From Coriobacteriia bacterium (lineage in GTDB: Bacteria > Actinomycetota > Coriobacteriia > Coriobacteriales > Eggerthellaceae): DNA of 46,715 nt. This document shows positions 33,479-41,898 of the stretch, piece after piece (within the stretch, counting starts at the first letter, position 1; every line of letters begins with the position of its first letter). The notes beneath the pieces were generated by a model that was not told the DNA's origin, did not search any database, and worked only from the letters and a program-made list of their open reading frames with translations. The position numbers were made by a program, and so were the translations under genes. The stretch covers positions 13,384-60,098 of the forward strand of contig JAUNCA010000001.1 in assembly GCA_030526775.1 (NCBI GenBank), given 5' to 3'.

Positions 33479-33778
33479 ATGGAGATCAGGGCAATCGACG
33501 AAGGCACGCCGTACGTGTTCGCGCTGGATGGCAGGCTCGATACGAACACCTCCCCGCAGCTGGAGACATACGCTGGCAAGCTGTACGAGAAGGGCATTGC
33601 GGACATCGTCGTTGACATGTCGAAGTGCGAGTTCGTTTCGTCGGCCGGCCTGCGCGTCATCGTCGCCATGCAGAAGCGTGCGGCAACAGGCGGATCGCTT
33701 GTTTTCCGCAGCGTTGTGCCCGAGGTCATGGACGTCTTCGAGATGACGGGCTTCAATAACATCCTTACATTCGAATAA
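33479..33778 (+). CDS. second STAS-domain anti-sigma-factor antagonist
   Basis: 99 aa. SKCEFVSSAGLRVIV. AAAGGAAGaccca precedes the ATG; the tracked ORF begins at 33431. Confidence 0.85.
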   Translation: MEIRAIDEGTPYVFALDGRLDTNTSPQLETYAGKLYEKGIADIVVDMSKCEFVSSAGLRVIVAMQKRAATGGSLVFRSVVPEVMDVFEMTGFNNILTFE

Positions 33779-33821
33779 GGTCCTTGCGTTCAAATAGCGG
33801 CTTTGTTTTTACAGGAGGGAA

Positions 33822-35219
33822 ATGGCGAATACGACCCGCACTCCCGATCTCGATAGCATCGAGCGGGCGTTTAGTGCTGCCGACGCGGCGGCTGGTGCCG
33901 ACCGTGCGGCGATAACGCAGTCTGCACAATTGGATGCCGCCGAAGCGGTAGCCATGGTGGGCATCGCAATGGAGGCCGACGAAGAAGCGGCCGAGGCGAA
34001 GCGCATGGCTATGCTTGCCGAGCGGTCGGGCGACAAAGAGGCGGCTTCGGCCGCCCGTTCCCGCGAGCGTGCGGCGCGAAAGAAGGCGAAGGCAGACCAT
34101 AAGGCAGCTACGAAATCCGCCAAGGCGGCGTACGATGCCGTGCGCTTTTCCGATCCGGATGGCCTGGGTTTCCTCTACGTTATCCTGGTCATGCTCGGGT
34201 GCAACATCATTTTCACCACCTTCTTGCTTACCACCTATATCAAGGGCAGTTACAGCATCGGGTTCAACGAGACGTTGGACCTCATCAACGTCCTCATAGA
34301 CGGTGTAACGTTCTGGCTTATCTGGAAGCACAAGGAATTTGCGCGTACCTGGGTTATCGCCACAAGCCTGTTCAACATTGTAGTGGGCACGGCGTTTAAC
34401 CTGGCAACCGGCGTGTTCAGCCCCATAGCCCAAGTTACCCTTTCGGCGTTCGACATCTTCCTGCTGGTGTACTTCCTTACCAGCAGCCGCGTGAAGGCGA
34501 CGCTTGTCGAGCCGTTCAACGTGCGTACCTTGAACGACGACCTCGACGAGGAGGAGAGTTTCTTCCGCCCGAAGACCTGGGAGTTCTGGCGCAACCTTAT
34601 CGTCTACTTCGTCGTGTTCAGCATCGTGGGCCACTGGATGGAAGCGGCTGTGTGCCTGCTCATCAAGTACGGCATCGTGCCCGGCATCTACGACCCCACG
34701 AGCCAGATCTGGAGCGACTTCCTGTATCCCTTCCCGGTGTACGGCATCGGGTTCTGCGTGTGCGCGCTGATGTTCTACCCGCTGAAGCTCGCGCTGCAGC
34801 GCAAGTTCAAGAAGACCTTGCCGGCCCTGCTCATCACGTATGTGGTAAGCGCGTTCATCTGCACCTGCATCGAGTTCACGCTGGGCATGCTCACGAACCA
34901 AGACCTGCAGCTGTGGGATTACAGCACGATGTTCTGCAACTTCATGGGACAAGTTTGCTTGCAGAATTCGCTGTTCTTCGGCTTCGCGGCAACGCTCATG
35001 ACCTGGCTGGTATATCCCGCCCTCGAGCGCTTGTTCCGCCGCATCCCCAACGAGGCGGGCACGTACGTGCTTATCGTGGCCGTGGTGGGGTTTGCGCTGC
35101 TCGCTGCGCTGTACTTCATCAACCTGCCTGCCGAGCAGGTGCAGCAGGCGGTGCAAGGCACCGCCGACACCCTTGGTGAAGCCGCCGTTGGTACCACTGG
35201 TGCGACGGGAAAATCGTGA
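33822..35219 (+). CDS. membrane protein: Ala/Glu-rich N-terminus, 4 TM helices, then a PF06541-like ('putative ABC-transporter type IV') domain
   Basis: FVVFSIVGHWMEAAVCLLIKYG...LYPFPVYGIGF resembles the YSFLGW.WE...GP..PIYG pattern of PF06541. Paralogous to 39992-40681. Confidence 0.6.
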   Translation: MANTTRTPDLDSIERAFSAADAAAGADRAAITQSAQLDAAEAVAMVGIAMEADEEAAEAKRMAMLAERSGDKEAASAARSRERAARKKAKADHKAATKSAKAAYDAVRFSDPDGLGFLYVILVMLGCNIIFTTFLLTTYIKGSYSIGFNETLDLINVLIDGVTFWLIWKHKEFARTWVIATSLFNIVVGTAFNLATGVFSPIAQVTLSAFDIFLLVYFLTSSRVKATLVEPFNVRTLNDDLDEEESFFRPKTWEFWRNLIVYFVVFSIVGHWMEAAVCLLIKYGIVPGIYDPTSQIWSDFLYPFPVYGIGFCVCALMFYPLKLALQRKFKKTLPALLITYVVSAFICTCIEFTLGMLTNQDLQLWDYSTMFCNFMGQVCLQNSLFFGFAATLMTWLVYPALERLFRRIPNEAGTYVLIVAVVGFALLAALYFINLPAEQVQQAVQGTADTLGEAAVGTTGATGKS

Positions 35220-35274
35220 TGAAGGGAAAGCCCTTCTTGTGACCGATCGTTAGCTTGTGGAAGGAAGAGCCGAC

Positions 35275-36495
35275 GTGGATAACTCGATGGTCAAATACTT
35301 CAAGGCAATCGGCGCCGTTCAAAGCGTTATCTCCAACGCGACAACGCTGGATGAGGCGCTGCAGGGCGGCCTGAAGGCCATCGTCGAGAATGCGGGGGCC
35401 GATAGCGGCGTTATCTGGTACGCCGACAAGGCTGGCGACGGGAAGCTTCACCCGTATTTCTGGATTGGCCCGGTGGACCTTACCCGGAGGTCGCATGCGC
35501 TGGGCGACGGCGCGGTGGGCCGCGTCTTCGAATCGCAGAAAACCGAGCGCCTGTACGAGTTCCGCGCCGACCAAGATGTCGAGACCGCCATCGACTTCAT
35601 GGGCATGCCCGTGAAGTCGATGGTGTGCGTGCCGTTTTCGAACAACGCCGAGGATTTGGGCGTCATCCAGTTCGTGAACGGCATGGAAAGCGAGTGCTTC
35701 AACGACGAGACCGCCGACGTGATGGAGATCATGGCCATGATGGCCGCCATCGCCATCGAGGAAAACGAAGCGCTCACCGCGCCCTGGCAGCCGGGCGAGG
35801 TCGTGATGGAGCTGCGTGACATCACGCGCGAGTTCCAGAACGGCGACATCGTCACCAAGGTGCTGAAGGGCGTGAACCTCGACGTGTACGAGGGCGAGTT
35901 CCTCGTGCTGCTGGGCGAGAGCGGCTGCGGCAAATCCACGTTGCTGAATATCATCGGCGGCATGGACCAGGCCACCTCGGGCACCTTCGAATACCTGGGG
36001 AAAGACCTTTCGAACGCCACGCAGGAAGAGCTCACGGACTTCAGGCGCGACAACATCGGGTTCATCTTCCAGAGCTACAACCTTATGCCCAACCTCACGG
36101 CGGTGCAGAACCTGAAGCTCATCGCCGAGCTCGTAGCCGAGCCCATGGACGTCGATAAGGCGCTCGAAGTCGTCGGCCTTTCCGAGCGCAAGAACAACTA
36201 TCCGAGCCAGATGTCGGGCGGCCAGCAGCAGCGCGTTTCCATTGCGCGTGCCCTGGTGAAGAACCCGAAGATCATCCTGGCCGACGAACCCACCGCCGCG
36301 CTCGATTACACGACGAGCATCGAGGTGCTCCAGGTGATGGAGGAGGTCGTGAAGAGCGGCACCACCATGGTGATGGTGACTCACAACGAGGAGATCACCC
36401 GCATGGCCGACCGCGTGGTGCGCATGCGTAACGGGAAGATGCACGAGGTGACCATCAACCGGCATCCGGCGCACGCAACCGACCTGGTTTGGTAG
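35275..36495 (+). CDS. GAF-domain-fused MacB/LolD-type ABC ATP-binding protein
   Basis: An N-terminal region of about 170 aa is GAF-like ([27 protein letters not shown]...MVCVPF...LGVIQFVN). Then Walker [11 protein letters not shown]-loop, signature [15 protein letters not shown], and ILADEPT. The start (35275 GTG or 35287 ATG) is uncertain. Confidence 0.8.
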   Translation: MDNSMVKYFKAIGAVQSVISNATTLDEALQGGLKAIVENAGADSGVIWYADKAGDGKLHPYFWIGPVDLTRRSHALGDGAVGRVFESQKTERLYEFRADQDVETAIDFMGMPVKSMVCVPFSNNAEDLGVIQFVNGMESECFNDETADVMEIMAMMAAIAIEENEALTAPWQPGEVVMELRDITREFQNGDIVTKVLKGVNLDVYEGEFLVLLGESGCGKSTLLNIIGGMDQATSGTFEYLGKDLSNATQEELTDFRRDNIGFIFQSYNLMPNLTAVQNLKLIAELVAEPMDVDKALEVVGLSERKNNYPSQMSGGQQQRVSIARALVKNPKIILADEPTAALDYTTSIEVLQVMEEVVKSGTTMVMVTHNEEITRMADRVVRMRNGKMHEVTINRHPAHATDLVW

Positions 36496-36504
36496 GGGTC
36501 GCGC

Positions 36505-39500
36505 GTGAAACCGACCCAGATAACGGAACTGCTCGCCAATATCAAGGCGACGTTCGTGTCGTTCTTCTCCATCATGATGTTCGTCGCCCTGGGGGCTGGC
36601 GTGTTCGCAGGCATCTTTTGGGTTGCCCCGGCATTGGAAACCACGGCCGACAAGGTGTTCGACGAGGGTTCCCTTCATCATTTCCAAGTGCAATTCCCCT
36701 ATGGCCTTACCGAGGACGACCTTGCGCAGTTGCGTGAAGTGGAAGGCGTGACGGACGTCGAGGAAGGCTATGCCGCATACGGTACCTATAAGGTGGATAC
36801 CGGGCAGTACACCGTGAAGGTGCAGGAGCTTGGCGAGCGCATCGACGTTCCCCGCATCGTGGAAGGCGCCCTGCCAACCAAGAAAAACGAGGTTGCCCTG
36901 AAGGCCAGTTCCGCCGAGGCGTTGAATCTGGGCGTTGGGGATAAGCTGACGTTTGAACACGATGCCTCCGACGAGTCCGACAAGGACGGGATGGAGCTCC
37001 TGCGGCGGGACACCTACAAGATAACGGGGCTTGTGGAAAGCTCGGAGTACATGGCCCTTTCAAGCCAGACCTATGGATTCTCGACTTCCTGTACGGGCGC
37101 GGTCGACGCGGTTGCCTGGGCTCCCGCCGCCGCATTCGACGCCGAAGCCTTCCAGGAAGGGTATCCGGTGGTGAACATCCGTTGCGCCTCGTTTGAGGGC
37201 GTCGGCGCGTTCACCGACGAATACGACGCGATGTCGGAGGAAGAGAAGGCGCGCATCGCCGAGCTTGGCGCAACGCTGGCGCCTGCCCGCTACGACGCCA
37301 TACACGACAAGGCGCAGCAGCAAGTCGAAGAGGGCGAGAAGAAGCTGAAAGACGCCGAGAAGAAGATTTCCGACGGCGAGAAGCAAATCGAGGACGGCGA
37401 GAAACAGCTTGAGCAGGCGCGAATCGATTTGGATGCGGCCGTGAAAGACGGCGAGGCGAAGCTTGCGGATGCCTACAACAAGCTTCAATCCGCCGAGTCC
37501 CAAAAGGCTTCGGCGCAGAAGAAGCTGAGCGCGGCCCAAGCGAAGCTGAGCAAGGCCAAAGCGGCATTGGCGATAGTCGACGAGGCAAAAGCGACGGCTC
37601 GGGCTGTTGCGAGCGAGATGAGGGCGTACAAGAAGTCTCAGGATAAGCTGCTGAAGCAGAAGAAGATCTCCCAGAATAAGTACAACGCGCGCTTGGACAA
37701 CCACGGCGCGAAGATGCGGTCGAGGATACAGCCGTACGCCAAGAAGGCCGGCGTGAGCGTGCCGAAGATCACGCATGCAAACTACAGCGAATCGATCCAG
37801 GTGATAGCATCCGTCGAGGCCAACGCCGAGAGCATACCGGTGGTGGTCGAGGGCAAGCAGATGACCATTGGGCAGGCGCGCAAGAAAGTGGCCCAGTACG
37901 AGAAGCAGTTGTCTTCTGCCCAAGCGACGTACAACAAGAAGGTGAAACAGCTGGAGAACGGCTGGGCGCAGTATTACGCCGGTCAACAGAAGCTCGAGAC
38001 CAAGAAAGCAGAAGGCGAAAAGCAGATTGCCGATGGCGAGGCCCAGCTCAAGGATGCCAAGAAACAGGTGAAGGAAGCCAAGGCCGAAGTCAAGAAGAAC
38101 AAGCCCCTCCTTGCCGCGGCGAAGGAAAAAGTCGCCGCCCTGAAGAAGTACGATTGGTCGATTGCCGATCGTGCCACAAATGGCGGCTCCATCGAAGTTT
38201 CCACCTTTGCTGGGGTTACTAACCGTCTGAGCTTCTCGATGGCGGCGCTGTTCCTTATCGTCGGTTTGCTGGTGAGCTATTCGGCCATTGGCCGCATCGT
38301 GCGCGAGCAGATTACGCAGATTGGCACGAAGAAGGCGCTCGGCCTGCGCAAACGCGAGATCACGATGAGCTTCCTGCTGTATGCCGGGCTTGCGGTTATC
38401 GTCGGCGTCCTCGTGGGCCTGGTCGTGGCGGTTTTCGCTGTCGAAGCCATCATCGGCAACACCCTTTCGGCCCGCTTCACCTTCGATGCCCTGCCGCCGT
38501 ACTTCGACATCAGGCTTGCGCTTATCGCGCTTGCCGTCGAGCTCGTGCTCGTGATGGGTGCCGCTTGGCTTTCGTGCCGCACCATACTGAAACAGCAGGC
38601 GGTCGAGCTGCTGAAGGGCGAGAAGCCGCCGGAGGGCAAGACCCGCTTCTACGAGAAGTGGGGAATCTGGCAGAAGCTGCCGCTGATGACCCAGACCATG
38701 GTGAACAATTGCATGAACGACAAGAAGCGCGTTTTCAGCACCCTTATCGGCGTCGCGGGCTGCACCGCGCTCGTTGTTACGGCCATTACCCTGAACAACG
38801 ACGTGATGAAGAGCTACGACATGCATTACGACGATGTGTACGGGTTCAACGCCATCGCCTTCGTCGATTCGGAGGTCGAGGGCTCGGCCGACGCGGTTGC
38901 CAAGTCGCTCGAGGACGATGGCTGCACGTCCGCCGTGGTTCTGCGGCGGAGCCAGGCTATCCAGCAGCCGGATGGAAGCCAGGGCGCCGTAAGGATAGTC
39001 GTCCCCGCCGATGAGCAGACGTTCCAGCAGGTGTATCACGTGAATGCGGTGGAGGGCAGCGATGTCGACCTGTCGTCGGACGGCGTGTGGATATCGCAAG
39101 CCTATGCTTCTCACCTGGGGGCGAAGGTTGGCGACGAGCTGACGATCAATGCTTCCGACGGAACGGTGCGCACCCTTACCATCGCCGGCTTCTCCGAGTT
39201 TTACCTCACCTATAACGAGTTGGTGATGGGACGCGACGCCTACGAGAAGGCTTTCGAGGCGAAGTATGTTCCCAATGCCGTGTATTCCCAGCTGGGGGAT
39301 GCATCGCTTGACGAGGTCAACGCGAAGCTCGCGGGCGTTGACGGGTATAGCCAGATTATCGACGACAAGACCAACCAGTATGGCAACTTCGCGGCCTTCT
39401 CGAAGGTGTCGCAGGCCGTGGTGCTCATCTACCTCGCGCTTGCCGTGCTGATGGCCATCGTGGTGTTGCTGAACCTGAACTTCATGTTCATCGACGAGAA

Positions 39501-39804
39501 GAAGCGCGAGCTCATCGTGCTGATGATCAACGGCTTCTCGGTGAAGGACGCGAAGAAGTACATCTACAACGACACCATCGTGCTCACCGTCCTCGGCATT
39601 ATCCTGGGCCTGGTGGTAGGCGCAATCATGGGGTCGATCACCGTCGGGACCATCGAGCCGGTGGCCGCATTCTTCTTCAAGGGAATCGACTGGACGGCTA
39701 TCCTCGTCGGCACTGCCGTGACCGCGGTTCTCTCGTTTGTCATGAGCCTCATAGCGCTACGCCGCATCCCCGCCTTCAAGCTCACGGACATCAACAAGCT
39801 GTAA
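36505..39804 (+). CDS. 1099-aa FtsX/MacB-type ABC permease with a long coiled-coil extracytoplasmic insert
   Basis: Two 4-TM FtsX-like modules (around aa 1-40 / 580-720 and 740-1099). Between them lies a K/E/A/Q-rich coiled-coil stretch of several hundred aa (EKKLKDAEKKISDGEKQIEDGEKQLEQARIDL...). Confidence 0.85.
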   Translation: MKPTQITELLANIKATFVSFFSIMMFVALGAGVFAGIFWVAPALETTADKVFDEGSLHHFQVQFPYGLTEDDLAQLREVEGVTDVEEGYAAYGTYKVDTGQYTVKVQELGERIDVPRIVEGALPTKKNEVALKASSAEALNLGVGDKLTFEHDASDESDKDGMELLRRDTYKITGLVESSEYMALSSQTYGFSTSCTGAVDAVAWAPAAAFDAEAFQEGYPVVNIRCASFEGVGAFTDEYDAMSEEEKARIAELGATLAPARYDAIHDKAQQQVEEGEKKLKDAEKKISDGEKQIEDGEKQLEQARIDLDAAVKDGEAKLADAYNKLQSAESQKASAQKKLSAAQAKLSKAKAALAIVDEAKATARAVASEMRAYKKSQDKLLKQKKISQNKYNARLDNHGAKMRSRIQPYAKKAGVSVPKITHANYSESIQVIASVEANAESIPVVVEGKQMTIGQARKKVAQYEKQLSSAQATYNKKVKQLENGWAQYYAGQQKLETKKAEGEKQIADGEAQLKDAKKQVKEAKAEVKKNKPLLAAAKEKVAALKKYDWSIADRATNGGSIEVSTFAGVTNRLSFSMAALFLIVGLLVSYSAIGRIVREQITQIGTKKALGLRKREITMSFLLYAGLAVIVGVLVGLVVAVFAVEAIIGNTLSARFTFDALPPYFDIRLALIALAVELVLVMGAAWLSCRTILKQQAVELLKGEKPPEGKTRFYEKWGIWQKLPLMTQTMVNNCMNDKKRVFSTLIGVAGCTALVVTAITLNNDVMKSYDMHYDDVYGFNAIAFVDSEVEGSADAVAKSLEDDGCTSAVVLRRSQAIQQPDGSQGAVRIVVPADEQTFQQVYHVNAVEGSDVDLSSDGVWISQAYASHLGAKVGDELTINASDGTVRTLTIAGFSEFYLTYNELVMGRDAYEKAFEAKYVPNAVYSQLGDASLDEVNAKLAGVDGYSQIIDDKTNQYGNFAAFSKVSQAVVLIYLALAVLMAIVVLLNLNFMFIDEKKRELIVLMINGFSVKDAKKYIYNDTIVLTVLGIILGLVVGAIMGSITVGTIEPVAAFFFKGIDWTAILVGTAVTAVLSFVMSLIALRRIPAFKLTDINKL

Positions 39805-39991
39805 CCGCCATGCGACGAGGCATGCGCACCAGTCGCTTGCCTCGTCGTTCAGCTCGTGGCTTTCGTCTTCCACAAGGGCTTTCCCGCCCCTCTGCAATGT
39901 GGAGAAGGCGTGCGGAAGAAAACCCTGGGATGGACCACGCCCGCCTTGCGTACCAATTGAGAAGGGGTACGCGAAGAAAGGCGGCTCAGCC

Positions 39992-40681
39992 ATGGCATAC
40001 GCGACTAATAGCAACGACACAACTTGCAGGAAAGGCCTTCTCGGCCTGCCGATAACGCCGCGGAAGGCGATTCGGTTCGAGCGTAGCCGTGTTCAGGCAG
40101 AAGCCGCCGGCTGGGCGCCGTGGAGTGTTCGCTTCTGGCGGTGCATGGGCATCTCGTTCTGCGTGTTCTCCATAGTCGGGCACTGGATGGAAATCCCGTA
40201 CTGCCTGTTCAACAAGTACTTCTTCGGCATCGTGGAGGCAGATTCGCTCGTTTTCGCCGACCCGATGTACCCGTTCTTGGTGTACGGCATTGCCGCCGTG
40301 CTGGGAGCCCTGCTCTTGGTGCCGCAGCGCGATTGGCTGAAGGACCATTATCCGCGCTGGCAGGCAACCCTGCGGTTCTTCCTGCTGTGCATGGCCGCCG
40401 CATGCGCGGGCGAGATCATCATGGGCTTGCTGCTGAACCAGCCCGACCCCATTACCGGCATCTACCCGCTGTGGGACAACTCGCACCTGCCGTTCAACGT
40501 GCTGGGACAGGCATGGCTGGTGAACGACTTCCTGCTGGGCATCATCCTCACGCTCTATACCTGGGCGCTGTATCCCGCGTTGGTGAAGCTTGTGAGCAAG
40601 GTGCCCGAGCGCTGGGGCTGGCCCGTGGCCGTCACGACGGTCGTTTCCTTCGTCGCCCTGTGCGTCGTGAAGTTTGCCTAG
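39992..40681 (+). CDS. PF06541-like membrane protein (paralogue of the C-terminal half of 33822-35219)
   Basis: FCVFSIVGHWMEIPYCLFNKY...MYPFLVYGIAAV and YTWALYPALVKLVSKVPE parallel the upstream paralogue. The start is uncertain (tracked ORF from 39899). Confidence 0.6.
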   Translation: MAYATNSNDTTCRKGLLGLPITPRKAIRFERSRVQAEAAGWAPWSVRFWRCMGISFCVFSIVGHWMEIPYCLFNKYFFGIVEADSLVFADPMYPFLVYGIAAVLGALLLVPQRDWLKDHYPRWQATLRFFLLCMAAACAGEIIMGLLLNQPDPITGIYPLWDNSHLPFNVLGQAWLVNDFLLGIILTLYTWALYPALVKLVSKVPERWGWPVAVTTVVSFVALCVVKFA

Positions 40682-40690
40682 CCCGCAAAA

Positions 40691-40760
40691 ATGATAGTTT
40701 ACCGCGGGGATGAATTATCATGCTGCTGGATGATGATTCACCGCGGGGATAAATCATCAT
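40691..40760. repeat. two adjacent copies (opposite orientation to 23104 and 41849) of the ATGAT..CCGCGG..ATCAT palindrome
   Basis: ATGATAGTTTACCGCGGGGATGAATTATCAT (40691-40721) and GATGATGATTCACCGCGGGGATAAATCATCAT (40729-40760). The second overlaps the ATG at 40759. Confidence 0.8.
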
Positions 40761-41772
40761 GGCGAAACGATGGGGAACGGGAATGCTCAGCCGCTCGATG
40801 CTCTACGACATACTCTATGCGCTGGCGGCAGTGAATGGGCGCGAGAGGGCGCTGTTCGGCAGCTGCCAGCCGCTTGCGCGAGAAGCGTTCGAGCGCAGCC
40901 TCGCATGCGGCGCCTTCCCCGAACTCTGGTTCGAGCTGCTACTTGCGGGCGAGCCCTGGTTCGACCTGCATGCGCTTACCGCGAGCGCGGATGTGGAACC
41001 CGGCATGCCGTTCGATCCGCAGACTACCGGCGGCAACCCAGAGGCGTTTTCCTAGTTTGCAGCGCAGGGCCAGAGCGTGCGGCAGTTGGCCCTGAGCTGG
41101 GATGTGAGCTCGGGCGATATCGAGCAACCGGCCGTGCAGCTGCTGGTTGCGCACGACGATCCGGATGTCACCTGCAGGTTTCTCGAGGCGGCGGGCAGGC
41201 CTGATGCGGTCGGTGCGTACCGCACTTTCTGGAAGCAGCTGCCCGACGATTGGTATGCGTGCTATGCGGGTGTGTTCCCGCATCGGCCCGGTCACAATTT
41301 GCGGGTTGAATGCATTCCCTCTAGGGCACTGCAGCGCGCGTATGCAGAGGATGCCGAGTTGTTGGAAGAGCACCTGCGGCAGATGGGGGTAGACGCAACC
41401 GAAGACCTCGTTTCCGCATGCCGTGTACTCGCGGACACGCCGTTCCAGCTCGAGTTCCAGTTCGATGTCGAGCCCGATGGCACGGCTGGCCCGACCTTTG
41501 GGGCGAGCGTGCGCTTTTCGAACTCTTCCGAGGCGGAAGAGAGCCAGCCCTTCACCACAGACGGCGCAACGTAGCGCCTGATGACGCAGGTGGAAGCGTG
41601 GGGCTTAGCCGATAGCCGTTGGCGTTTGCTCCCCGAGTGCTCCTTCGCAAAAAGCGTGTCTTTCGGCGGCGAGCGCGCGCTGCTGTATTGCTATCCTGCC
41701 TTCGTGAAGCTGCGCTGGCGAGCGGGCGTTCCCCTCGATGCGAAAGCGTACCTAATCGCGGGCGTTCAATAG
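40759..41772 (+). pseudogene. 335-codon ORF of unknown function interrupted by two in-frame TAG codons (41053, 41572)
   Basis: The three tracked ORFs 40759-41055, 41077-41574 and 41581-41772 are all in one frame, separated only by TAG plus 7 and 2 sense codons. The repetitive strand-like segments (WFELLL, LRVECIP, FQLEFQFDVEPDG, FVKLRW) look like genuine protein. Confidence 0.55.
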
Positions 41773-41848
41773 CGGAAGCCAGCGCCTGCAAATCTGACAA
41801 CGGCTGCCTGGTGGCCCTTCGCCGCAGGTACAATACGGACAAGGCTCA

Positions 41849-41879
41849 ATGATGAAAAACACCCGCGGTAAATCATCAT
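41849..41879. repeat. palindromic element ATGATGAAAAACACCCGCGGTAAATCATCAT
   Basis: Identical to the 23105-23135 copy. It lies between the broken ORF and the aminotransferase gene. Confidence 0.85.
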
Positions 41880-41898
41880 TATGGAGGAAGGGGCGCGT

